Positions 40,623-50,042 of a DNA stretch of 64,000 nt are shown piece by piece. This DNA is from Candidatus Krumholzibacteriota bacterium (GTDB lineage: Bacteria > Krumholzibacteriota > Krumholzibacteriia > JAJRXK01). The stretch lies in the NCBI GenBank assembly GCA_963764625.1, contig CAVXTH010000005.1:416001-480000 (forward strand), read 5' to 3'. The notes beneath the pieces were generated by a model, which had not been told where the DNA came from, ran no database searches, and saw only the letters and a program-made list of their open reading frames with translations. The translations under genes and the position numbers were made by a program. Positions within the stretch are counted from its first letter, which is position 1. The number at the start of each line of letters is the position of its first letter.

Positions 40623-41798
40623 ATGCCGCTGAACGAAAAGGGCTTCCGCAGTGCCGTGCCCACTTGGGGATCTCCTGAGGAATTGGATACGCGGGGCCGC
40701 AAACTCGGGAACGCCGAGAGCGGCGAAGGCGCCGCCGTACTCATGAAGGGAAACGAAGCCGTGATCCACGGCGCCCTCTTGGCCGGGTGCCGCGGCTTCT
40801 TCGGCTATCCCATCACGCCGGCCAGCGAGATCGCCCACACCGCGGCCGCGATGTTTCCATTGGCCGGGGCCGTCTTCCTGCAGGCCGAGAGTGAAATCGC
40901 GGCGATTCAGATGGTGTACGGTGCCGCATCGGCCGGAATCCGTACCATGACCGCCAGTAGCAGTCCCGGCATCAGCCTCAAGCAGGAGGGCATCTCCTAC
41001 GCGGCCGGCAGCGAATTACCAATGGTGGTGGTCGACATCATGCGCGGGGGACCCGGGCTGGGAAACATCGCGCCGGAGCAGGGCGACTACTTCCAGATGG
41101 TCAAGGGCGGCGGTCACGGGTGCTACAAGATGGTGGCCCTGGCTCCCAACAGCGCGCAGGAGATGTGCGATCTCACCATGGAGGCCTTCGAGGTGGCCGA
41201 TCGCTACCGCAATCCGGTGGTGGTTCTGGCCGACGGCCTGGTGGGTCAGATGAAGGAGCCGGTGCATCTGCCCCACGCGGTGCGGGAACTGCCCGACAAG
41301 GACGATTGGTGCGTGGCGGGAACCGCCGCGACCCGGAAGAACCTCATCTGTTCGATCAAGCTCGAGCCCGAGGTGCTGGAAGAGCACGTTCGCCATCTCG
41401 ATCGCAAGTACCAGCGCATGGCGAAGGACGAGATTCGCTGGGAGGAGTACCGCACGCAGGACGCCGAGTTGATCTACGTCGGCTACGGCGTGGTGAGCCG
41501 CATTCTGCAGGGCGCGGTCGACGCGGCCCGCGAGCGCGGCATCAAGGCCGGGCTCCTGCGCCCCATCAGCCTGTGGCCTTTCCCCAGCGAAGCGCTGCGC
41601 GCAGTCTGCTCCAAGGCCAAGCTCTGCATGGTGGTCGAGCTCTCCACCGGACAGATGGTGGAAGATGTGCGCCTGGCGGTGAGCGAATTGGTTCCCGTCC
41701 GCTTCTACGGACGGGCGGGAGGCGTGCTCCCTTCGACCGACGAGCTCATGGAGGAGACGACCGCGGTTTGGAATTCGCTCGTGGGGGTGACGGCATGA
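40623..41798 (+). CDS. vorB: 2-oxoacid:ferredoxin oxidoreductase alpha subunit (3-methyl-2-oxobutanoate dehydrogenase VorB-like)
   Basis: [47 protein letters not shown]. Confidence 0.88.
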   Translation: MPLNEKGFRSAVPTWGSPEELDTRGRKLGNAESGEGAAVLMKGNEAVIHGALLAGCRGFFGYPITPASEIAHTAAAMFPLAGAVFLQAESEIAAIQMVYGAASAGIRTMTASSSPGISLKQEGISYAAGSELPMVVVDIMRGGPGLGNIAPEQGDYFQMVKGGGHGCYKMVALAPNSAQEMCDLTMEAFEVADRYRNPVVVLADGLVGQMKEPVHLPHAVRELPDKDDWCVAGTAATRKNLICSIKLEPEVLEEHVRHLDRKYQRMAKDEIRWEEYRTQDAELIYVGYGVVSRILQGAVDAARERGIKAGLLRPISLWPFPSEALRAVCSKAKLCMVVELSTGQMVEDVRLAVSELVPVRFYGRAGGVLPSTDELMEETTAVWNSLVGVTA

Positions 41799-43234
41799 AG
41801 ATCATCGAGAGGCCAAAATCCATACTGGAGACCTTTCCCCGCAAGGGTGGAGCCGAGCCCGACGCGACGCACTACTGCCCCGGCTGTGGACACGGAATCG
41901 TCCACAAACTCCTCGGCGAGTGTATCGACGAGCTGGAGATCAAGGATGACACCGTGCTCATCAGCCCGGTGGGGTGTTCGGTCTTCGCCTATTACTACTT
42001 CGACACGGGCAACGTTCAGGCCGCGCACGGACGCGCGCCGGCGGTGGGCACCGGAATCAAACGAGCGCGCCCCAAGAGCATCGTCATCTCCTATCAGGGC
42101 GACGGCGACCTGGCGGCCATCGGCGGCAACAACATTCTGCAGGCCGCGAACCGGGGCGAGAACATGACGGTCATCTTCATCAACAATGCCATCTACGGCA
42201 TGACCGGCGGACAGCTCGCACCGACCTCCATTCTGGGAATGCACACCACGACCACCCCTCGGGGCCGTGAGTTCAGCGACTACGGCAGCCCCATGCGGGT
42301 AGCCGAGCTCTTGGCCAACCTGGACGGCGTTTCGTTCTCGGCGCGGCATGCACTGACCACGCCGGCAAAGATCAATCGCACCAAGAAGGCGATCAAGAAA
42401 GCCCTGCAGTACCAGATGGAGAACCACGGGTTCTCCATCGTCGAGATTCTGAGTCAGTGTCCTACCGGCTGGAAGATCGACCCGGTCGATTCTCTGGCCT
42501 GGATCGAAGAGAACATGGTTCCCGTGTTTCCTTTGGGCACCTTCAAGGATTCCCCGCACGACCGGGCGACTCCTCCTGAGCCGGCCCACTACGATCCCGA
42601 GGCGGTCGAGCGCGTGGTTCTTCGCGGGGCGCAGAGCTCCCAGAAGGCCGTGCGCCTGAAGCAGCCGCCCTGGACCAAGGCGTTCAAGGGTGAAGGAGCC
42701 AAGAAGGACACGATTCGCATGAAGGTGGCCGGCTTTGGCGGACAGGGTGTTCTCATGCTGGGAGAGCTGGCGGCGAAGGCGGGCATGCTGGAGGGCGTCA
42801 ACGTGACCTGGCTTCCCAGCTATGGCCCGGAGATGCGCGGCGGAACCGCCAACTGTTCGGTGGTTGCCTCGACGCGCGAGATCGGCAACCCGCTGGTGGA
42901 TGCCTCGGAAGTACTCGTGGCGATGAACCGTCCTTCCCTGGAGAAATTCGAGAAGGACGTGCAACCCGGCGGCGTGATCTTCTACGACAGTAGCCTCATC
43001 TCCACCGCGCCCACTCGCGACGACGTGGAAGTGTATGCGGTGCCGGCGACCGAAATCGCGAATTCGTTGGGCATGAACCGAGTGGCAAACGTCGTCCTTC
43101 TCGGCGCGATGAACAAGGTGCTGGGATTTCCGGCCGAGGTGAAGATCCAGGAGACCATCAAGTCCATCAGCAAGAACGAGAAGATTCTCTCGATCAACCA
43201 GAAGGCCTTCCAAGCTGGATTCGATTCGGTCTAG
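41795..43234 (+). CDS. 2-oxoacid:ferredoxin oxidoreductase beta-gamma fusion subunit
   Basis: [32 protein letters not shown], then AGFGGQG and [14 protein letters not shown]. Confidence 0.92.
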   Translation: MKIIERPKSILETFPRKGGAEPDATHYCPGCGHGIVHKLLGECIDELEIKDDTVLISPVGCSVFAYYYFDTGNVQAAHGRAPAVGTGIKRARPKSIVISYQGDGDLAAIGGNNILQAANRGENMTVIFINNAIYGMTGGQLAPTSILGMHTTTTPRGREFSDYGSPMRVAELLANLDGVSFSARHALTTPAKINRTKKAIKKALQYQMENHGFSIVEILSQCPTGWKIDPVDSLAWIEENMVPVFPLGTFKDSPHDRATPPEPAHYDPEAVERVVLRGAQSSQKAVRLKQPPWTKAFKGEGAKKDTIRMKVAGFGGQGVLMLGELAAKAGMLEGVNVTWLPSYGPEMRGGTANCSVVASTREIGNPLVDASEVLVAMNRPSLEKFEKDVQPGGVIFYDSSLISTAPTRDDVEVYAVPATEIANSLGMNRVANVVLLGAMNKVLGFPAEVKIQETIKSISKNEKILSINQKAFQAGFDSV

Positions 43235-43245
43235 GGGGACTCGGG

Positions 43246-44751
43246 TCAAACCGATCCGGGACGATCGGGAAACGCGCTGCCGGTCTCTTTCGGGGGAGCT
43301 TCCCCTTCCAAGAACGCGGGCAGCCAGACGGTGAAGCCGACACCCTTTTGGGGAAAGCTCTTCACGGTGATGCTGCCACCGTGTTCCTCCACCAGGGTCT
43401 TGCAGACGGAAAGTCCGAGTCCCGTTCCGTTGACTTTGGTGGTGAAGAAGGGATCGAAGAGTTGGGAGAGATGAGCCGGCGGAATGCCGGGGCCATCGTC
43501 CTCCACCACCACTTCGAGTCCCGTGCGTTCGATCCCGTCCGGGCCGATGGGACAGCTCTGTCGAGCGTTCATCCAAATGGTTCCCCCAGATTCCACGGCC
43601 TGAAGGGCGTTCATGCAGAGGTTCAAAATGACCTGCTCCAACTGGTTTGCGTCGCCCAAAATGGGGGCCAGTTGAGGATCGATACTCACGATGAGCTTCG
43701 TCCCCTGCTTTTGCGAGGCGTGATGAATCAGACGCTCGACGCGAGAGAGCACGTTCCTCATCTGCAGAGGCTCCATCTCGGGCTTCTCGGGACGGGAGAA
43801 GCTGAGCAGCTCCCTCACCAGTCCACCGATGCGATCGGTCTCGCGCACGATGGTCTCGAGCTCTTCCCGGAGCACATCGTCGTCCTCGAGGTCGAGCATG
43901 AGGAACTCGGCCGTGTTGGAAATGACTCCCAGAGGAGTACCGATCTCGTGCGCCAGCGCCGCCGCCATGTTTCCCACCGCGGTCATGCGCTCGGTGAACG
44001 CCATTTTCTCTTCCGCCAGCTTGCGCGCCGTGATGTCGCGCACCACGAAGCTGTAGCCGTTGGGACGTCCGCTTCCGTCCAGGAGCGGGGTACGCGAAAC
44101 GTCGATCCACAACAGATTGCCCGTCCGCGATTCCACTTCGATCTCTCGATTGTCCAGAGCGAGGAGCGGATCGCCGGGACCGAAGATCTCCTGCGCGACG
44201 GCCCAGGCGCTCTCGCTGAAGAGTCGCTCGATGGGTTCGCCCACCGCGTCGCTCACGTCCCATCCGAAAATCTTCTCGGCGCCTCGATTCCAGAACCGTA
44301 CGGTGTGCACTCGGTCGAGCGCGATCACTCCGTCGTTTCCGTTGCGAATGGCCGAGAGGAGGAAGCGCTCGCGCCAGCTGTCGAGCTGACCCATCTCTTC
44401 GCTGGGCAGCGGGAGGATGAGCGTGACGACCATGTCGCCGTCCTTCCCCATCGGAGCCACCACCACGCGGAAGTAGGCGAGAGTTCCGTCTTCGGCCTGC
44501 GCACTGCGAAGCGTCTCCGTCGCCCTTCCCGAGCGCAGGACCAAAGGAGGCAGGCAATCCTCGCAACGCCTGTCCTTGGGAACGTATCCGGTGAAACAGT
44601 GCTTTCCCTGCAAGCCGGGGAAGTTCTCGATGTGTTCCTTGAAGTAACGGTTGCCCCAGAGCAGGTTGAGACGCTCGTCGAGAATGGTGATTCCCGCCCG
44701 TACCGAATCGAAGAAAGGGAGAGACTCGCGGATGTCATCCAGCTTGGACAT
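43246..44751 (-). CDS. Cytoplasmic PAS-PAS sensor histidine kinase
   Basis: Two PAS domains (..DIT.RK), H-box AHEIGTPL, N-box NLCMNA, DDGPG, FFTTK, GTGLGL. No TM segment. Confidence 0.93.
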   Translation of the reverse strand: MSKLDDIRESLPFFDSVRAGITILDERLNLLWGNRYFKEHIENFPGLQGKHCFTGYVPKDRRCEDCLPPLVLRSGRATETLRSAQAEDGTLAYFRVVVAPMGKDGDMVVTLILPLPSEEMGQLDSWRERFLLSAIRNGNDGVIALDRVHTVRFWNRGAEKIFGWDVSDAVGEPIERLFSESAWAVAQEIFGPGDPLLALDNREIEVESRTGNLLWIDVSRTPLLDGSGRPNGYSFVVRDITARKLAEEKMAFTERMTAVGNMAAALAHEIGTPLGVISNTAEFLMLDLEDDDVLREELETIVRETDRIGGLVRELLSFSRPEKPEMEPLQMRNVLSRVERLIHHASQKQGTKLIVSIDPQLAPILGDANQLEQVILNLCMNALQAVESGGTIWMNARQSCPIGPDGIERTGLEVVVEDDGPGIPPAHLSQLFDPFFTTKVNGTGLGLSVCKTLVEEHGGSITVKSFPQKGVGFTVWLPAFLEGEAPPKETGSAFPDRPGSV

Positions 44752-44808
44752 GGGACATAGCTTCGAGAAAGGAGTGCCCGGCGTCAAGTCGCCGGGCAAA
44801 GGGACCTC

Positions 44809-47088
44809 ATGAGCGACCAAGTTCGTCAGCGCTGGAAATACGCGGTGGAGCTGGGGCCGCAAATCGAGGATTCCGGGGCCCACATTCTGCGCCTGGCGCG
44901 CGAACTGCACCTGGGCGGTCGGATGCGGCGCTACGAATCCTCGCTGCAGCTCGAGGTCGAAGGCGAACCGGCCGCCCTGCGCGCGTTCGACGAACGCCTG
45001 AAGAGAACGCTCTCACTGGCGAGATCACAGCTCGAGACCATGTCGAGGGAGGACCTCCCTCCCAAGGGTGAGTTCGAATTCGAGATCGTGGTAGCCGACG
45101 TCGAGGGAATGTACTCCGCGCCTTTCTCTCCTGATCGCGCGCTCTGCAGCGAATGCCTCAAGGAGCTCTTCGAGCCCGCCAATCGCCGCTACCGCTACCC
45201 CTTCACCGCGTGCGGCGAGTGCGGGCCACGATACAGTATCACCCGCAAGCCACCGTACACCCGCGACACCACTTCGATGGCTCCCTTTCCTCTCTGCGAC
45301 AACTGCCGCAGGGAGTACGAGGATCCCAGCGGACGCCGTCATCACGCCCCGCTCATATCCTGTCCCGACTGCGGCCCCTGCTATTGGATCGAACCCGCAC
45401 CCAAGTCCAAGTCGGCCGCTGATGTGGTTTACGAAGCCGCGAAACTTCTGAAGCAGGGACACATCCTGGCCATCAAGGGAACCGGTGGCTTCCATCTGGC
45501 CTGCCTCGCCGATGACGACGCTCTGGTGCAGAGGCTGCGCCGACGGGTGCAGCGGCGCACCAAGCCCATGGCGGTCATGGTGCCCGATCTCGATTGGGCG
45601 CGACGGGTGTGCCACCTCAATCCCCTGGCTCGAGGCAAGTTGAAAGACCCCTCGGCTCCCATCGTGCTCGCGCCGAAGAAACATCCCGAAGTGCTGGCGC
45701 CTTCTGTCGCGCCCGATTCTCCGGATTACGGTTTGACCCTGCCCAGCACTCCGTTCCGCCACCTATTGATGAGCGCGCTCCAGCAACCTCTAATCGTCAC
45801 GGCCGCGAAGTTTGCCGGAGAGACGATCGTCGCGAGCAACGAAGAGGCTCGCACGCGCTTGCGCGACGTGGCCGACTACATGGTTCTGCACGACCGCGAA
45901 ATCATGATGCCCTGTGAGGATACGGTCATGCGGGTGCAGGGGGACGATCTGGTGACGACCCGGCGTTCCTGGGGGCAGGCTCCCCGCCCCTTGGTTCTGG
46001 ACCACGAGATTCCCTCCATTCTCGCCTTGGGCGCCATTCATCGGGGGACCCTCGCTCTGGGCTTCGGACGCTGGATCGTCCTGAGCCAGCATCTGGGGAG
46101 ACTGGATTCCCCGGCGGTGGAGATTCTCTTTCGGCAAACCCTCGAGCATTTGACCCGCCTGCACGACTTCACCCCGAGCGCCCTGGCTTATGATCTCCAC
46201 CCTGAGAGCCTGGGCCAGCGCCTGTGCAAGGAGATGGGGCTTCCCTCGATCGGAGTGCAACATCATCACGCACACGTGGCCTCAGTGATGGCGGAGCACA
46301 ATCTGCAAGGACCGGTCCTGGGACTGGCCCTCGATCGGGCAGGGTGGGGCGAGGATGGTACGCTGTGGGGCAGTGAGTTTCTGGTGGGAAACGCCCATGA
46401 AGTCGAGCGGGTCGCGCACCTCCCCTACTTTCCCCTCCCCGGCGGCAAGAGCGCGTTCACTCACCCCTGGCGAAGCGCGGCCGGGCTTCTCTGGGAGCTC
46501 AAGGGCAAGGACACGGCCAAGGCCTGGCTCGAGGTCTCGGCTCCCGATCCGGTCGCGGCGGAGACGACGCTCTCTCTCTTGCGCGAAAACCTCAGCTGTC
46601 CGCGCGCCTGCGGCTTGGGTGCGGTGTACGATGCGCTGGCGGCGATCCTGGGAATCCTGAGCAACCAGAGTTTCGACGGACAGGCGCCGATGTCCCTGGA
46701 GCGCCTGGCCGGCGTCCCCCACGAAGTCGACGAGACCGGCCTTCCCGACCCGGACGCCGAAGCCCCGGAGTACTTTCGGGCCGTCATCGAGCACCTCCTT
46801 CTCAAGCCGTTCAACAGCCGACAGCTCGCGGCGGCAGGAGCTTGGACCCAGGCCGCGGTGGCGCGTTGGATCGCCCAGCGCGCGGTGCGCGTGGCACAAG
46901 AGCACCAGCTCGGTACGGTGGTGGCCAGCGGAGGATGCCTCGTAAATGCCTGGCTGCGGCAGGAGCTGCGCACCCGCTTGGCCCGCGCTGGGCTGCGCTT
47001 CTTCACCAACGCCGCGATTCCTCCCAATGACGGAGGATTGCCGGTAGGGCAGATTCAGGTGGCGGCGGCGCGTCTTGCCGGCGCTTGA
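44809..47088 (+). CDS. hypF: HypF-like carbamoyltransferase (divergent)
   Basis: Two Zn fingers (RRYRYPF..C..CGPRY; CP.CGP), KGTGGFHLAC, SQHLG, QHHHAH, PPNDGG..GQ. Several catalytic motifs are altered. Confidence 0.85.
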   Translation: MSDQVRQRWKYAVELGPQIEDSGAHILRLARELHLGGRMRRYESSLQLEVEGEPAALRAFDERLKRTLSLARSQLETMSREDLPPKGEFEFEIVVADVEGMYSAPFSPDRALCSECLKELFEPANRRYRYPFTACGECGPRYSITRKPPYTRDTTSMAPFPLCDNCRREYEDPSGRRHHAPLISCPDCGPCYWIEPAPKSKSAADVVYEAAKLLKQGHILAIKGTGGFHLACLADDDALVQRLRRRVQRRTKPMAVMVPDLDWARRVCHLNPLARGKLKDPSAPIVLAPKKHPEVLAPSVAPDSPDYGLTLPSTPFRHLLMSALQQPLIVTAAKFAGETIVASNEEARTRLRDVADYMVLHDREIMMPCEDTVMRVQGDDLVTTRRSWGQAPRPLVLDHEIPSILALGAIHRGTLALGFGRWIVLSQHLGRLDSPAVEILFRQTLEHLTRLHDFTPSALAYDLHPESLGQRLCKEMGLPSIGVQHHHAHVASVMAEHNLQGPVLGLALDRAGWGEDGTLWGSEFLVGNAHEVERVAHLPYFPLPGGKSAFTHPWRSAAGLLWELKGKDTAKAWLEVSAPDPVAAETTLSLLRENLSCPRACGLGAVYDALAAILGILSNQSFDGQAPMSLERLAGVPHEVDETGLPDPDAEAPEYFRAVIEHLLLKPFNSRQLAAAGAWTQAAVARWIAQRAVRVAQEHQLGTVVASGGCLVNAWLRQELRTRLARAGLRFFTNAAIPPNDGGLPVGQIQVAAARLAGA

Positions 47089-47333
47089 GGGAACGTTTCG
47101 GCTCGGCGGGCATTTAAAGGAGTATCAGAGCCGCTTCTGTGGTAGGGTCAGCTTGCGGAGGTAACGATAGCCAAGGTTTAGGAGGAAACGATCAAACGAC
47201 CGTTCTCCTCCAGAAAAAGCTGAGCACAGGAGTCATTCCTCCTTGTCTCGGGCTCCACGGCTGACCACTATGACTACCGAAACCCATGAACGGTCGATCA
47301 CTCGGTCGACCGAAAGAGGCTAGAGAGGTAACG

Positions 47334-47876
47334 ATGCGTAAATTCACCCTGATCCTGAGCTTGGCCGTCCTGGTGCTCTTCACCTTCAGCACAATCAGTG
47401 TGGCGGCAGACCACGAGTACGCCGGCGTATTCAAGTGCAAGATGTGCCACAAGAAAGAATCCACGGGGGACCAGTACGGGATTTGGCTGAAGAGTGCTCA
47501 CGCTAAGGCCTACACGACGCTCGCGAGCGACGAGGCCAAGGCCGTGGCCGCCAAATTGAAGCTAGAAGGCAATCCCCAGGAACTCGACGAGTGTCTTAGC
47601 TGCCACGTGACCGCGCACGGCGTGGACGCGAAGCTCTTGGGCACCAAGTACACCGTTGAGGATGGTGTGGGCTGCGAGAGTTGTCACGGTCCTGGCGCCG
47701 ACTACATGAAGATGTCGGTGATGAAGGACAAGAAGCAGGCGATCGCCGCGGGTTTGATCATCCCCGATGAGAAGACCTGCATCATGTGTCACAACGAGAA
47801 GAGTCCCACCTACAAGAAATTCGATTACAAGACGTTCTACGCCAAGATCGCGCACACCATTCCTCCCCAGGAATAG
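47334..47876 (+). CDS. Periplasmic tetraheme cytochrome c (c554 family)
   Basis: Sec signal, 4 CxxCH, YAG..KCKMCH, W..SAHAKAY, GVGCESCHGPG. Confidence 0.9.
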   Translation: MRKFTLILSLAVLVLFTFSTISVAADHEYAGVFKCKMCHKKESTGDQYGIWLKSAHAKAYTTLASDEAKAVAAKLKLEGNPQELDECLSCHVTAHGVDAKLLGTKYTVEDGVGCESCHGPGADYMKMSVMKDKKQAIAAGLIIPDEKTCIMCHNEKSPTYKKFDYKTFYAKIAHTIPPQE

Positions 47877-47914
47877 GAACTAAAGCGCGGAGGCGTGAAA
47901 CCAAAATTCGAATG

Positions 47915-47940
47915 GACGCCGGTCTCTTGGGGCCGGCGTC
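47915..47940 (+). terminator. Intergenic hairpin (terminator or mRNA stabiliser)
   Basis: GACGCCGGTC-TCTTGG-GGCCGGCGTC. No U-tract. Confidence 0.45.
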
Positions 47941-47959
47941 GTTCATGTGAGGCTAGCCG

Positions 47960-49942
47960 ATGATGTTGAAGACCGTAGTGCTCGCGAATCTCAGGCGTCC
48001 TTTTCGCTCAAGGACGCGTCAGACCCTGTACTTTGTGGCGACGCTCCTGGCGCTGAGTCTGTCCTCTCCAAAGCCCGTGGTCGCGAGTAGCGACGATTGC
48101 CTCGGATGCCACGAACCCAAGGCGGACACTGTTGAAGCCGCGCATCAGGTCGATCCCGTCAAATGGGCGGCTTCGATTCACGCGCAGGCGGGATTGGAGT
48201 GCACGGACTGTCACGAAGGCAACTTCGACGAAGTCCCTCACGAGGGCGTCGCGAAGGCCAAGTGCACGAACTGTCATGATGAGGCCGGCCAAGAGTTCAA
48301 GACCAGCGTACACGCGCAAATCGTGCTCAAAGAGGGAGATGAATCTCCGTTCGGAGATAATCCCTGTGCGGCGTGCCACGGAGTCCACGACGTGCTTCCT
48401 CCCGATGATCCCCAGAGCCCCGTCTTCTACCGGAACATCCCCGCGACCTGCGGACACTGTCACGGCGATACGAAGATCATTCAGCTCACGGGAGTTGATG
48501 CCAATCCGCCGGCCCAGTACAAGACGAGCGTGCACGGACAGGATCTCGGCGATCCGAACAAGAAACCGGCCGTCTGCAGCAACTGCCACGGCTACCACGA
48601 TATCCGCCTGGCCAAGGATCCCGAGTCGCGCATCAACCCCTTCAACATTCCCTCTACCTGTGGCCAATGTCACAAGGAGGAAGCGCAGACCTATCTGGGA
48701 TCGGTACATGGCGTCGCGGCGCAGCGTGGCGTCACTCTGGCGCCCACGTGCACCACCTGTCATGGCATGCATGCCATCGCACCGGTCACGCGGTCAGAAG
48801 GAGGCAGCCCGAACGACTTGCGCCTGGTGCGAACCACCTGTCCGGCCTGCCACCAGAGCACCGCTCTCATCAGCCGCTTCAACATCGCGGCCGCCCGCGT
48901 CGCCACGTACGAGGCCAGCTACCACGGACTCGTATCGCGGCGCGGCGAGACCAAGGTAGCCGATTGCGCGAGCTGTCACGGCATTCACAACATCTATGCC
49001 TCGAGTGACCCTCGCTCCACGGTGGCTTCCCAAAATCTCGAAGCGACCTGCGGGAAATGTCATCCCGGCGCCGGGCAGAAGTTCGTAAATCAACCGGTCC
49101 ATCTCTTGGAATCGAAGCCGAACTCCAAGGGAGCCGTGGTCACCTTTTGGGTCAAGCGGGTGTACTGGGTGCTGCTCATCGGCGTTTTGGGCGGCATGCT
49201 GCTCCACAACGCCATCATCCTCTTCTTCTACCTTCGCAAGAACTGGCACGCGCAGAAAAGTGGGGAGAATCGTCTGCGCTTCGACCGCAGCGAAATCATT
49301 CAACATTCGCTCTTCGTGATCGCCTTCGTGCTTCTGGCCCTCACCGGGTTCATGCTCGCCTATCCCGACCACTGGTGGGCGCGGGGGATGTCCGCCCTGG
49401 GAGTGGGAGAGACCTCGCGGCGCGCGATCCACCGGGTGAGTGCGGTGGTCATGGTGCTGGTGAGCCTCTACCACGTGTACTGGATCGCCTTCACTTCTTA
49501 CGGACGCGGCGAGCTGAAGCGCATCGTCCCGCGTCTACGGGACGTGCGCGAAGTCCTGCAGAACATGCGTTACCACTTGGGAAAGAGCGAACAACAGGCT
49601 GCCTTCGCGAAATTCGACTACCCGGCCAAGGCGGAATATTGGGCGCTGGTCTGGGGCACGGTGGTCATGGCTCTCACCGGCGCGATTCTGTGGTTCCCGG
49701 TGGTAGCTACCTCCATCTTCCCCTCGTGGATCGTGGAAGTCGCCACCGTCGTCCATCTCTTCGAAGCGTGGCTGGCGACGCTCGCCATTCTCATCTTCCA
49801 CTTCTTCTTCGTGATCTTCCACCCGGAGGTCTATCCACTCAGCTTCGCCATGTTGCGCGGAACGATGCCCTCGCGCCTCGCGGAGCATCACCATCCGGCG
49901 TGGAGGAAGGAAGAGGACGCTTCGGCGCCCGTGGGTGAGTAG
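47960..49942 (+). CDS. CbcL-like fusion: 11-heme c-type domain plus FdnI/HydC-type cytochrome b domain
   Basis: 11 CxxCH motifs, then TM helices with QH, HR, KFDY..KAEYWA..WG, H..EA.LA..IFHFF. Confidence 0.9.
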   Translation: MMLKTVVLANLRRPFRSRTRQTLYFVATLLALSLSSPKPVVASSDDCLGCHEPKADTVEAAHQVDPVKWAASIHAQAGLECTDCHEGNFDEVPHEGVAKAKCTNCHDEAGQEFKTSVHAQIVLKEGDESPFGDNPCAACHGVHDVLPPDDPQSPVFYRNIPATCGHCHGDTKIIQLTGVDANPPAQYKTSVHGQDLGDPNKKPAVCSNCHGYHDIRLAKDPESRINPFNIPSTCGQCHKEEAQTYLGSVHGVAAQRGVTLAPTCTTCHGMHAIAPVTRSEGGSPNDLRLVRTTCPACHQSTALISRFNIAAARVATYEASYHGLVSRRGETKVADCASCHGIHNIYASSDPRSTVASQNLEATCGKCHPGAGQKFVNQPVHLLESKPNSKGAVVTFWVKRVYWVLLIGVLGGMLLHNAIILFFYLRKNWHAQKSGENRLRFDRSEIIQHSLFVIAFVLLALTGFMLAYPDHWWARGMSALGVGETSRRAIHRVSAVVMVLVSLYHVYWIAFTSYGRGELKRIVPRLRDVREVLQNMRYHLGKSEQQAAFAKFDYPAKAEYWALVWGTVVMALTGAILWFPVVATSIFPSWIVEVATVVHLFEAWLATLAILIFHFFFVIFHPEVYPLSFAMLRGTMPSRLAEHHHPAWRKEEDASAPVGE

Positions 49943-49964
49943 AGAACGGATACTGGACCCGAGA

Positions 49965-49998
49965 TGAGGGGTTGCGCAATGCAGGCCGCAACCCCTCA
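49965..49998. terminator. Hairpin between convergent genes
   Basis: TGAGGGGTTGCG-N10-CGCAACCCCTCA, 12-bp perfect stem. Confidence 0.65.
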
Positions 49999-50042
49999 CT
50001 CCACGACGCAGCGATGCGGTCGCGGCTCAGCGACCATCGGAT

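Noticed and set aside
41120-41794. Long N-terminal extension on the beta-gamma subunit in the ORF track
   Set aside because: Overlaps vorB out of frame. The real start is ATG 41795, coupled to the vorB stop.
41705-44566. 953-aa minus-strand ORF
   Set aside because: Off-frame to the kinase and antisense to the oxidoreductase subunit, with no recognisable domain.
47089-47333. GEMM-I (c-di-GMP/cGAMP) riboswitch or 6S RNA
   Set aside because: The diagnostic consensus and length were not recognised. Kept only as an unassigned candidate structure.
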